Below are positions 47,616-57,175 of a stretch of DNA of 64,000 bases, in pieces. The stretch comes from Cyclobacteriaceae bacterium. Lineage in GTDB: Bacteria; Bacteroidota; Bacteroidia; Cytophagales; Cyclobacteriaceae. How positions within the stretch are numbered: the stretch's first letter is position 1; each line of letters starts with the position of its first letter. The position numbers and the translations under genes were made by a program. The notes beneath the pieces are model-generated. The model saw only the letters and a list, made by a program, of their open reading frames with translations, did not search any database and had not been told where the DNA came from. The stretch covers positions 1,171-65,170 of the forward strand of contig JBDVKV010000024.1 of NCBI GenBank assembly GCA_039971015.1. The letters run 5' to 3'.

Positions 47616-50600
47616 ATGAGTGAAGAAATACTAAAGGCACTTACCCAATTATTTGCCATCATCACCAAGCAGGATGGCGGGGTGACTGTGAATGAACGTC
47701 AATACGTAATTCGGTTCTTTCAGCAGGAATTGGATCAGGCATCCATTGAGGCCTACCTGGAGCGTTACGATAAATTTTCAGGGTATAGCGAGAAAGGTCC
47801 TTCCCATCAGTTAACAATCGCAGCTCCTTCTGTTAAAGATTCAATAGTTACGCTGGGTATCTGCAAAAAGATCAACAGAACCCTTACCCAGAAACAAAAG
47901 GTAATTGTATTAATAAAATTACTTGAGTTGGTAGGGTCCGATAATAAATTTACTCCCCAACGCATGGAAATCATTAACACGGTTTCCACGGTATTCAACA
48001 TCAGTGCGGATGAGTACAAACTCATTGAAACATTTGTAGTCACCACCAACATGGCTGAGCTGGATTTCTCAGACATCCTTGTTGTCAATGCTCAACCGGA
48101 AAAAGCTGCAAAAAAGCAAAAACACATACAGACCGACATCGATGGAAACCTGTTCTTTCTGAAAGTACCAAGTGTCGATTTATACTTTGCACAATACCTG
48201 GGTGAAGAATCCCATTACCTCAATGGGTTTGTCATGCAGCATAACCGCATCTATCTATTCTCCCATGGAAGTACCATAAAAATACAATCTGGAAATGCCC
48301 TTTATTACAGCGACATAGTTGCTGACTTTAATGAAGAACTGCAAACCACTAAACTTTCGTTTAATGCAACCATTGATGAATATCGGTTTCCAAACGGAAC
48401 GGTTGGTCTCAAAGACATTGTAGTTGCTGAGGGTCCGGGGAAGTTAATTGGTATAATGGGTGCCAGTGGCGCAGGGAAAACAACCTTATTAAATGTACTT
48501 GCAGGGCTTGAAAGACCAACCAAAGGAGAAATTCTCGTTAACGGGTATAACATTCATAGCCGGCCTGACAAAATAAAAGGTGTAATCGGGTACGTGGCAC
48601 AGGATGACTTGCTCATTGAAGAATTAACCGTGTACGAGAACCTCTACTTTAATGCTAAACTCTGTTTTGCAAATTTTTCAGAAACAGAAATAAATGATCG
48701 CGTTCTGGAAGTACTCGGCAATCTCGGGCTTGAAACCCGCAAGGATTTGAAGGTAGGAAGTGTGCTGGATAAAAAAATCAGTGGTGGTCAACGCAAAAGA
48801 CTCAACATCGCTCTGGAACTTATCCGAGAGCCAGCCATTCTGTTTTTAGACGAGCCTACATCTGGATTGTCATCACGTGATTCAGAGAATGTAATAGATC
48901 TACTAAAAGAATTATCCTTAAAAGGAAAACTGGTTTTCGTAATCATACACCAGCCCTCGTCTGACATTTTTAAAATGTTCGACAAGATGATAATCATGGA
49001 CACTGGAGGGTATCCTACTTATTACGGAACTCCGGTAGAGGCTGTATCATACTTTAAACGTGCCACACATCAGGCACACAGCAACAGAGGACAATGCGAA
49101 ACTTGTGGAAATGTAAATCCAGAACAAATCTTCAACATCATTGAGGCTAAAGTAGTGGATGAGTACGGCCAACCCACCAATAAGAGGAAGGTAACACCCA
49201 TGCAGTGGCATAATATGTTCAAGAGCAAGTTTAAAATTGCTGCATTAGCTAACGAAAAGGAAGATCCTCCACAGTCCCTTCATATCCCGAACAGGATAAA
49301 GCAAACATTAATTTTTGCTACGAGGGATTTGAAGGCCAAAATAAGCAACCGTCAATACTTATTGATCAATCTTCTTGAAGCACCCTTTCTCGCACTGATA
49401 CTTTCATTCATCATCAAGTACAAAAGCGCACCTGGTGGAGAAGATTACATGTTTCGATTTAACGAGAACCTTCCTGCCTATTTGCTGATGAGCATCATTG
49501 TTGCCTTGTTTATGGGCCTGACGGTGAGCGCAGAAGAAATCATTAGAGATCGAAAGATTTTAAAAAGAGAATCCTTTTTGAATTTAAGCTGGAACAGTTA
49601 TCTCGTTTCCAAACTAGGTATTTTGTTTTTATTATCTGCCCTACAAACACTGATGTTTGTCCTGGTTGGAAATCTTGTATTGGAAATTCAGGGAATGACT
49701 TTGGCCTTTTGGTTTATCCTCTTCTCTACTTCCTGCTTGGCCAATGTGCTTGGTTTAAATATCTCCTCCGCATTTAATTCTGCGGTAACGGTCTATGTCT
49801 TAATCCCACTGCTCCTTATCCCACAAATGATACTAAGCGGTGTGCTTTTTAGCTTTGATAAACTTCACACTGTGATCAGCAATAAAGAAAATGTACCCTT
49901 TGTTGCCGATCTCATGGCCTCCCGGTGGGCATACGAAGCTTTGGCTGTTTATCAGTTTGTTAACAATGACTATGAAGAACCTTTTTACGCATATGAAAAG
50001 GAAGCATCCATAGCAGATTTCAAGTCTGCCTACCTGGCTGATGAGATGATAAAGCGAAACCAATTTGCGATTGATCATTACCAAAGTGACAATGATTCAA
50101 CCAGAAATGAAGTTCGCATTGCATTAAGCATTCTGAGAAATGGCCTATTAAATGAATCGTATAACGAAGGCCTGGAGGGCCAAAATCTCAATACGCAATT
50201 GACCCCAAATGGGTACTCAAAGGAGTTTGGCAATCTGCTAGATGGTTATTTACTCAATTTCAGGAAGCATTATCAAAATGTGTACAACGAACAGGTGAAA
50301 ACTGCAGATTTAAAAAGAACCTTTTATGAAAAAGAAGGATTTGACCTGAATGAAGAGAAAAACAATTACTACAACGAGAGCCTTGCTGATCTGGTAAAAA
50401 ACGTGAATACGAAAGAGAGACTCGCTATTGAGAATAACCGCCCAATACAACTAATCGACCCTATTTATCAAACTCCAAGCCCTAATCATCCATTAGACTA
50501 CCGAACAGGATTCTTCTTTCCTAAAAAAAGCTTCTTGGGCATGGAATACAGCACTTACACCTTCAATAGTGTGGCAATTTGGCTGATGACCATTGCCCTG

Positions 50601-50678
50601 TACGTTATGCTTTATTTTGAGTTGCTCAGGAAACTCCTTGACACCTCAGGTAAGGTTACATTTGTAAACCGAAAGTAA
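47616..50678 (+). CDS. Fused ABC exporter: TerB-like + FHA-like + ABC ATPase + ABC2 permease (ABCG-like topology)
   Basis: Helical TerB-like N-terminus; GASGAGKTT, ISGGQRKR, LDEPTSGL and IHQPS; six-helix permease (EEIIRDRKILKRE, LLIPQMILSG) plus a C-terminal TM helix. Confidence 0.85.
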   Translation: MSEEILKALTQLFAIITKQDGGVTVNERQYVIRFFQQELDQASIEAYLERYDKFSGYSEKGPSHQLTIAAPSVKDSIVTLGICKKINRTLTQKQKVIVLIKLLELVGSDNKFTPQRMEIINTVSTVFNISADEYKLIETFVVTTNMAELDFSDILVVNAQPEKAAKKQKHIQTDIDGNLFFLKVPSVDLYFAQYLGEESHYLNGFVMQHNRIYLFSHGSTIKIQSGNALYYSDIVADFNEELQTTKLSFNATIDEYRFPNGTVGLKDIVVAEGPGKLIGIMGASGAGKTTLLNVLAGLERPTKGEILVNGYNIHSRPDKIKGVIGYVAQDDLLIEELTVYENLYFNAKLCFANFSETEINDRVLEVLGNLGLETRKDLKVGSVLDKKISGGQRKRLNIALELIREPAILFLDEPTSGLSSRDSENVIDLLKELSLKGKLVFVIIHQPSSDIFKMFDKMIIMDTGGYPTYYGTPVEAVSYFKRATHQAHSNRGQCETCGNVNPEQIFNIIEAKVVDEYGQPTNKRKVTPMQWHNMFKSKFKIAALANEKEDPPQSLHIPNRIKQTLIFATRDLKAKISNRQYLLINLLEAPFLALILSFIIKYKSAPGGEDYMFRFNENLPAYLLMSIIVALFMGLTVSAEEIIRDRKILKRESFLNLSWNSYLVSKLGILFLLSALQTLMFVLVGNLVLEIQGMTLAFWFILFSTSCLANVLGLNISSAFNSAVTVYVLIPLLLIPQMILSGVLFSFDKLHTVISNKENVPFVADLMASRWAYEALAVYQFVNNDYEEPFYAYEKEASIADFKSAYLADEMIKRNQFAIDHYQSDNDSTRNEVRIALSILRNGLLNESYNEGLEGQNLNTQLTPNGYSKEFGNLLDGYLLNFRKHYQNVYNEQVKTADLKRTFYEKEGFDLNEEKNNYYNESLADLVKNVNTKERLAIENNRPIQLIDPIYQTPSPNHPLDYRTGFFFPKKSFLGMEYSTYTFNSVAIWLMTIALYVMLYFELLRKLLDTSGKVTFVNRK

Positions 50679-50739
50679 ATCTTGCATTTTTGGCAAGTGA
50701 CAGTTGATTTTTTTACTTTGTAACGATAAACGATCCGTT

Positions 50740-51636
50740 ATGAGAATTTTAAGTGTGGCTCTGGTGGCCCTATTCTTAATATCCTGCAGCTCTGGGAAAA
50801 AACCAGATGAGCAGGCTTTTGAAGACAGTTTGGATTCAACGCTCAATCAGGGACCATCTATTGATGAAGAGGTTATTGGCAGTATTTTAGATCAAATACC
50901 CAGTCCGCTTGAAATTTCTGTTTTGCTGAAGAAATCAGGAATCAAGTACAATCCTGACTTATTGAATTCCCCGGATAACCTGCCTAAGTACAATAGTAAC
51001 TACAAAATGGCCCTCAATCTGGGTATATATGGTACCGATCTTGGCTATACTAATATTTACGGACAAAACCAGAGCGGCATTAAGTACTTGTCTTCGATTA
51101 AAAGCCTGGCCAATCAGCTTAATATTGGTCAATTTTTTGACATTGAGACAATCGGCAGACTGGCCACCAACAGTAAAAATCTCGATTCATTATTGCTCAT
51201 TACCACTCAGAATTTTAACTCAATCAATCATTATCTCCAGCAACAAAACAGATCCAATCTCAGTGTATTGCTACTTACTGGAGGCTGGTTGGAAGCCATG
51301 CAGGTAACCTGTCAGTTGGCCGCCAATAACCCTGATCATGGCGAACTAAAAGAGAAAATTGGTGAGCAAAAGATCACTTTAGAGCAAATTTTACTGCTTT
51401 TTTCATTCTACGAAAACGATGAAAATATGGCATCGTTATTGACTGATTTGAAAGAGTTAGAAGCAGCATTTAACAAAATCAACATAACCTATACCTATAA
51501 GGAGTCATCAATGGAAGTGGTAGATGGGGTGGCTGTAATCAAAGACAACAGCACCACCACTATTGAAATTACAGATGAGGATGTTCGTAACATCATGTCC
51601 AAAACCAATTCCATTAGAAACAAAATCATTAGCTAA
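50740..51636 (+). CDS. Uncharacterised all-helical lipoprotein
   Basis: Lipobox LISC followed by SSGKKPDEQ; IPSPLE, ALNLGIYGTDLGY and GGWLE. Start moved to ATG 50740. Confidence 0.8.
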   Translation: MRILSVALVALFLISCSSGKKPDEQAFEDSLDSTLNQGPSIDEEVIGSILDQIPSPLEISVLLKKSGIKYNPDLLNSPDNLPKYNSNYKMALNLGIYGTDLGYTNIYGQNQSGIKYLSSIKSLANQLNIGQFFDIETIGRLATNSKNLDSLLLITTQNFNSINHYLQQQNRSNLSVLLLTGGWLEAMQVTCQLAANNPDHGELKEKIGEQKITLEQILLLFSFYENDENMASLLTDLKELEAAFNKINITYTYKESSMEVVDGVAVIKDNSTTTIEITDEDVRNIMSKTNSIRNKIIS

Positions 51637-51649
51637 CATTGCATTAAAT

Positions 51650-52081
51650 ATGAAAAGGATAGTTTTTTCAGTTTTATTAATCTGCATAGCAAGTTGGGGC
51701 TCAACCGGATTGGCTGGTCAATGTGATGCCGAAAACTTAAGCAACGCTTGTATTCCCAAATTATCGGGAGGGTTCAACTTTCTCAAAAGTTATAAAATTG
51801 ACGGCCAGGGCGGCTCAAAGGATAAAGTGGAATATTCCTATGTATTTACCAAAGGCACACAATATATGATCAACCTGTGTGCTGGTGGCAACGGCCCTGA
51901 CGGCCTGGTAGTAAGTCTTTACGATTCTCAGCGCAACAAGGTAGCCAGTAGCAAAGTAAATGACCAGTTTATCTCTGCTATAGCTTATCCATGTAACGCT
52001 ACAGGGATATATTATATTCAATACACTTTTGATGGTTCAGCCACCTATTGTGGGGGTAGTGCACTGGGATTCAAAAGATAA
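51650..52081 (+). CDS. Small secreted Cys-rich beta-sandwich protein (PPC-like)
   Basis: Signal peptide MKRIVFSVLLICIA; 5 Cys in the mature part; LVVSLYDSQRNKVASS and CNATGIYYIQYTF. Start moved to ATG 51650. Confidence 0.75.
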   Translation: MKRIVFSVLLICIASWGSTGLAGQCDAENLSNACIPKLSGGFNFLKSYKIDGQGGSKDKVEYSYVFTKGTQYMINLCAGGNGPDGLVVSLYDSQRNKVASSKVNDQFISAIAYPCNATGIYYIQYTFDGSATYCGGSALGFKR

Positions 52082-52101
52082 AAGCCATATCAATTTGATA
52101 T

Positions 52102-52142
52102 CAACGGCCGCTCTGAATTAATTGGAGCGGCTGTTGTTTTTA
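52102..52142 (+). terminator. Intrinsic terminator closing the siaC/ABC/lipoprotein unit
   Basis: CAACGGCCGCTC-loop-GAGCGGCTGTTG followed by a T-tract. Confidence 0.8.
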
Positions 52143-52147
52143 TTAGG

Positions 52148-52810
52148 ATGAAGGAAAAGCAGTTACAATTCAATTTCGAAGCTCGATACTATACACTTGG
52201 GAAATTAACACCTGAGACCCAACAAGTATGGTTCGTCATTCACGGTTATGGGCAATTAGCACAGTACTTTATTAAAAAATTTAAGGCACTAGAGAATGAG
52301 CGTATTTACGTAATTGCTCCTGAAGGCCTTTCCCGGTTTTATCTCGAAGATATACCGACCAGAGTAGCAGGAGGAAGTAACCGCGTAGGCGCTACCTGGA
52401 TGACCAGAGAAAACAGGGAAGCAGATATTCGCAACTATATTAGTTATCTACAAAGTGTTTACGACACCGAACTTCATCAAATAAATTACCCACCTGTTTC
52501 CATTCTTGGATTTTCACAAGGTGGAGCCACAGCAACAAGATGGGCTTTAAGTGGCAAACCCCAGTTTGATAAATTTATTTTATGGGCTGGAATATTTCCT
52601 CCAGATATGAATTTTGATAGCGGAAAAGAAATCCTGAAAGACAAGAAAGTAATTACCGTATATGGTGATCAAGATCCTTTTATTACCCCAGAAAGAATGA
52701 AGGAAATGGAATTGCTTTCTGCAAAGATCGATCTTGTTCCAAACAAAATAATCTTCAATGGCAAACACGAAATAGAAGACCAGACGTTGCTAAGTCTGGT
52801 GGACTTATAA
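52148..52810 (+). CDS. Alpha/beta hydrolase (carboxylesterase/phospholipase-like)
   Basis: VIHGYGQLA, LGFSQGG (nucleophile Ser), GDQDPF and GKHEI. Confidence 0.88.
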   Translation: MKEKQLQFNFEARYYTLGKLTPETQQVWFVIHGYGQLAQYFIKKFKALENERIYVIAPEGLSRFYLEDIPTRVAGGSNRVGATWMTRENREADIRNYISYLQSVYDTELHQINYPPVSILGFSQGGATATRWALSGKPQFDKFILWAGIFPPDMNFDSGKEILKDKKVITVYGDQDPFITPERMKEMELLSAKIDLVPNKIIFNGKHEIEDQTLLSLVDL

Positions 52811-53566
52811 ATTCTTCTTCACTATTGTTGAACTTGCCTGAGCAGTAGGAAACACAACTAAATCTGCCATTACCACGTGAGGCGGCCGTGTGAGCGCAAA
52901 CAATATCATATCAGCGATATCTTCAGGTCTCAACGGCTCAAACCCTTTATACACAGTGTTTGCGCGTTCTTCATCTCCTTTAAATCGAACCAATGAAAAT
53001 TCAGTTTCCACCAAGCCGGGATGAATGGCCGTTACTTTTATTCCATGGGCGTTTAAATCCATTCGCATGCCCTTTGTAATGGCGTCTACTGCAAATTTAC
53101 TGGCACAGTATACATTTCCGTTGGGGTAAGCTTCCTTGCCTGCAATGGATCCAATATTGATAATATGGCCTTGATTTTTTTCGACCATACCAGGCAAAAC
53201 TTCATGCGAAACATAAAGCAACCCTTTTACATTGATATCAATCATGGCGTCCCAATCTTCCACACTGCCAGATTGTATAGGGGCCAGACCGTGAGCATTT
53301 CCAGCATTATTGATAAGTATATCTATCTGCTTCCACTTTTCATCCAATGATTGAAATGCTTCAGACACCTCTTTCTTATTCCTCACATCAAAAGACAACA
53401 CTGTTACATCTGTCTTACTTCCGAGGTCACTCTTCAGGTTGTCCAATCGCTCTTTTCTCCTACCGCAAAGAATTAATCTATAATTATGATCAGCGAGTAG
53501 ACGGGCAGTGGCCTCTCCTATTCCTGATGTAGCTCCAGTTATTAACGCAGTTCTTTTTTGGGACAT
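52805..53566 (-). CDS. Short-chain dehydrogenase (YdfG-like)
   Basis: ITGATSGIG, INNAG, YCASK and PGLVETEFS. Confidence 0.92.
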   Translation of the reverse strand: MSQKRTALITGATSGIGEATARLLADHNYRLILCGRRKERLDNLKSDLGSKTDVTVLSFDVRNKKEVSEAFQSLDEKWKQIDILINNAGNAHGLAPIQSGSVEDWDAMIDINVKGLLYVSHEVLPGMVEKNQGHIINIGSIAGKEAYPNGNVYCASKFAVDAITKGMRMDLNAHGIKVTAIHPGLVETEFSLVRFKGDEERANTVYKGFEPLRPEDIADMILFALTRPPHVVMADLVVFPTAQASSTIVKKNL

Positions 53567-53568
53567 TT

Positions 53569-54303
53569 TTACTGAAAAATAAAGTAAACAGATATGGTAT
53601 TGGTATTCACCCGGTTCAAAGGTTCCTTAAACGAACTAGGATCGGGTCCTAGCAAATTGGCTATACCTCTTGAAAATCGAATCTCCTGAGAGAATTTGAA
53701 TAATGGGAAATAAAAATCAAAACCGATTCCTGCATCCAGCGAAAGGTTGGTTTGTTTTATATCCAATACCTCCGAACTTGATTGTATATCGTTTTTCCCA
53801 GAGGCTTCGATGGAGGGCGTAATTCCACCCACCATGTACATGCGCACATTCCCTCGTCTCATTGATTTATATTTTAGAAGTATTGGAAATTCCACCATCG
53901 TGGTTTCCGTCAACTGGCTTTGGCTAGACTCATCAGTATAGTTGTACTCCAATTGATGATCATAAAAGCCTGCCTTCGGCATTAACCTCAAATCCAAATC
54001 GCTATTGATCCTGAGGTTGACCAGAAACCCAAGTGAGAACCCGGGAGCAAATGGTGTAAGTACAGAATGAACAGTGTCTAAAGACTGAGTAACAAATTGA
54101 TCTGAATATTTTACCTGGTAAGCAGAGGTATGAATCCCTATCATGAATCCATAACTGATCTTTCGCTCGTCATAGTTAGGGTTGTGCTGTCTGGCCCACT
54201 TAAAGCTTTGACCCCATGCATTAGAGCAAAGCAATAGCAATCCGATCAGAACTATTTTGTTCCTATGTAGAGTGAACTTATGCCAAAGGTAAGTGCCTTG
54301 CAT
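53569..54303 (-). CDS. porT: T9SS outer-membrane component PorT/SprT
   Basis: NPNYDERKISYGFMIG, PGFSLG, DLRLMP, VEFPILLKY and FKFSQEIRFSRG; downstream of menG/ubiE as commonly seen in Bacteroidota. Confidence 0.85.
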   Translation of the reverse strand: MQGTYLWHKFTLHRNKIVLIGLLLLCSNAWGQSFKWARQHNPNYDERKISYGFMIGIHTSAYQVKYSDQFVTQSLDTVHSVLTPFAPGFSLGFLVNLRINSDLDLRLMPKAGFYDHQLEYNYTDESSQSQLTETTMVEFPILLKYKSMRRGNVRMYMVGGITPSIEASGKNDIQSSSEVLDIKQTNLSLDAGIGFDFYFPLFKFSQEIRFSRGIANLLGPDPSSFKEPLNRVNTNTISVYFIFQ

Positions 54304-54974
54304 GATGTGTTTTTATACCCCAATTGGTTTAGAATCTTAACAAAACCCTCGCCATCCGGAAAGGCTTGTACAGATTCAGGCAAATAGGTGTAGGCTGAGC
54401 TGTCTTTAGAGACCCAACGGCCGATTTTAGGTAAAACGAACTTAAAATAAAAGTTATACAACTGTTTAAATGGAAATTTGCGAGGCTTGGAAAACTCAAG
54501 AACGACTACTTTTCCTCCTGGCCTTACCACCCTGAGCATTTCTGCCAATCCATTTTCGAGGTTTTCAAAGTTGCGCACCCCAAAAGCAACGATGACAGCA
54601 TCGAATTTATTCTCCTCAAAGGGAAGATTTTCTGAGTCACCATACAAAAGTTCTATTTTTTCATCCAGCTTCCTTTCCTTCATTTTAGTCCTGCCTACCT
54701 CTAACATGCCTTCTGAAATATCAACTCCTACTACTTTATCAGGGTTTAATTTTAGCGCCTCAATCGCAAAATCACCCGTTCCGGTAGCCACATCCAATAT
54801 TTGCTTTGGAGCAATAGATCTCAATTGTTTGATGGCCTTCTTCCTCCAGATAATATCAATTCCAAGACTTAAGAAATGATTGAGAAAGTCATAATTACCG
54901 CTGATGTTGTCAAACATCTTAGCAACCTGGTCTTTCTTCGCTGAAGTATCTTTTTTGTAGGGTACTATTGTCAT
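54252..54974 (-). CDS. ubiE: Demethylmenaquinone methyltransferase MenG/UbiE
   Basis: VAKMFDNISGNYDFLNHFLSLG, LDVATGTGD, FGVRNF, VLEFS and AYTYLPESV. Confidence 0.95.
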   Translation of the reverse strand: MTIVPYKKDTSAKKDQVAKMFDNISGNYDFLNHFLSLGIDIIWRKKAIKQLRSIAPKQILDVATGTGDFAIEALKLNPDKVVGVDISEGMLEVGRTKMKERKLDEKIELLYGDSENLPFEENKFDAVIVAFGVRNFENLENGLAEMLRVVRPGGKVVVLEFSKPRKFPFKQLYNFYFKFVLPKIGRWVSKDSSAYTYLPESVQAFPDGEGFVKILNQLGYKNTSCKALTFGISSLYIGTK

Positions 54975-55039
54975 AAAAAAAATTAACCAACGACTTAACA
55001 ATCGTTGGTTTAAGAAGTTTCAAAGTTGGTAAAAAGAAT

Positions 55040-57019
55040 CTAATTATCGAGCACTTTGAACTCGACTCTTCTATTTAATTCTCTGCCGTCCTTTTCGTCA
55101 TCATTACTGGCAATTGGGCGCTCCTCACCATAGCCAGCAGTTGTTACTCTTCTTGTGTCAACACCTTTGGACACCAAAAAGTCTTTAACTGCATTCGCTC
55201 GTTTCAATGATAATTTCATATTGAAATCAGCACTACTTACATTATCCGTATGCCCCGCTATCTCCACTTTAATCCGCTCATTCTGCTTGAGCATATTTTC
55301 AAGCTTATTCAATTCACTGTACGATCCATCTTTGAATGTAGCCTTACCATAATCAAAATAGATATTGCGTAGCACTGAAACCGTACCTACTTCCAATTTT
55401 TTCATAAGAACAGTTATCGAAGCACTGCGCTCAAATTCCGAGGCACCCCTTATTTCAACCTTGAAATTTTGAAATGCATAACCATCGCTTTCTACAGAAA
55501 GATTGTACTCATCAATTTCCGGAGACTTAACCGCAAAAATATATTGGCCTGGTCCCTCAGTTTTGAATCCCGAAACAGTATTGTCCGTTACGCGCTGCAA
55601 TTTTACTTTCGCCTCAATGGGCTCTTTGGTCTTATAGTCCTTTACGGTAACTTCATATTGCAAAGGCACCAATTCTTTATCCTTAGCTGGAGGAGTTCCT
55701 TTTGGTGTTGTGATGATATAGATATCTGAATATCCCATTCCATCATCACGAATTGAGGAGTAATATCCACGTTCACCATCTTTTGACCCTACATAAAAAA
55801 TATCGTCCTCCGGTGTATTCATGGGGTAGCCAAGGTTTTCAGCTTCCGTCCATTCATTCTTCTTTGCATTCACAAGAGTGCTTTTAAAAATATCAAACCC
55901 ACCCATACTCTTCTTACCCTTAGAGGAATAGTACAACGTAGCATTATCATAATCTATAAAAGGGCTATCCTCATCTTGTTCAGAATTAATTGTGGGGCCA
56001 AGATTTTTTATTTTGGTCCATTCGCCCATACCGTTCTTAGTAGCTACGTAGATATCAGATCCACCCAAGCCACCAAGCCTGTTACTCGCAAAGTACAATG
56101 AGTTTCCGTCTGCGGAGAGAGACACGGAAGTTTCTCTGTAATTAGAGTTTACATCACCGGGAAGCGGCTCTGGTGAAGTCCAGGTACCATCTCCCGAACG
56201 TGTGCTCACATAAACATCTCCGGCATTGTCATCTTTATAAATGAACAATGTATTTCCATCGGCTGAGAGCGCAAGGTTTGAATCGTTAAAAGGAGTGTTT
56301 ACCTGATCGCTAATATTTTTCGCTCTGCTCCACTTTCCATCCACTTTAGTGGAAATAAAAATATCCTCGTAAGGCTTATTATCGTCTGCAACATCTTCAT
56401 TGATATTTCCATCCCTTCTGCGCGAGGTAAAAACAAGCTCGTCTTCATTTTCATTCAAAACAGGCGCATAGTCATCAAACTCAGAGTTGATTTCCCTACC
56501 AAGATTGACAATAGAATATTCACTTGGATTAGCCACAAAGTCTTTTCCATTATTGCATTCAAATATTTTTCTATCCACGATCTCAATATCAACCCTATCC
56601 TCACCTGAATAATCAGGATTAGCTTGAAGTTTAGCTTTGTACAGGTTGTAAAACTTAATGGCTTTATCAAATTCCAAAGCGAAATGGTATCCTCTACCAA
56701 TCAAATATTCCAACCCGAATTTAAAGTCGGGATTCTGTCTATAAACCCTTAGAAAGTATTTGGTAGATCTTGCCTTTCCGGTTGTGCGTAAATGCATATC
56801 ACCAGCCTCATAGTTGGCTTTGATATTGGTGGTGTCAAAATTGGCAGCAATTACCATCAAGTCCAGTGCATCATCCATGGCCTGGGTAGCTTCCATCATC
56901 AGCTGAGCCTGCTCCATATACAAGGCAGACTGCTCTTTATCCTGACTTTGAGCACTTGCCTGATCGTATAATGCAATGAATACAGCCAAAAAAATCAGTA
57001 TTCGGGGGATACTGTGCAT
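55040..57019 (-). CDS. PorE-like protein: TPR + PD40 propeller + carboxypeptidase-regulatory-like + OmpA_C
   Basis: TPR helices; blades NSEFDDYAP, LSADGNTLF, LSADGNSLYF and NTPEDD; AGHTD...LSLKRA...GYGE...NRRVEF. Confidence 0.85.
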   Translation of the reverse strand: MHSIPRILIFLAVFIALYDQASAQSQDKEQSALYMEQAQLMMEATQAMDDALDLMVIAANFDTTNIKANYEAGDMHLRTTGKARSTKYFLRVYRQNPDFKFGLEYLIGRGYHFALEFDKAIKFYNLYKAKLQANPDYSGEDRVDIEIVDRKIFECNNGKDFVANPSEYSIVNLGREINSEFDDYAPVLNENEDELVFTSRRRDGNINEDVADDNKPYEDIFISTKVDGKWSRAKNISDQVNTPFNDSNLALSADGNTLFIYKDDNAGDVYVSTRSGDGTWTSPEPLPGDVNSNYRETSVSLSADGNSLYFASNRLGGLGGSDIYVATKNGMGEWTKIKNLGPTINSEQDEDSPFIDYDNATLYYSSKGKKSMGGFDIFKSTLVNAKKNEWTEAENLGYPMNTPEDDIFYVGSKDGERGYYSSIRDDGMGYSDIYIITTPKGTPPAKDKELVPLQYEVTVKDYKTKEPIEAKVKLQRVTDNTVSGFKTEGPGQYIFAVKSPEIDEYNLSVESDGYAFQNFKVEIRGASEFERSASITVLMKKLEVGTVSVLRNIYFDYGKATFKDGSYSELNKLENMLKQNERIKVEIAGHTDNVSSADFNMKLSLKRANAVKDFLVSKGVDTRRVTTAGYGEERPIASNDDEKDGRELNRRVEFKVLDN

Positions 57020-57175
57020 GTTCAAAAAATGGTTTCGTACGAATTTAACACAAAAAATAACATTGCAATTGGAGCAATTTAATAAAATCTTCCACAAAGA
57101 AAGCCTAAAAACAGCCAGATAAGGTACCTTGGCATTTTGTTATGCCACATTCAACGGTAAGATTGTAAGGATAAA

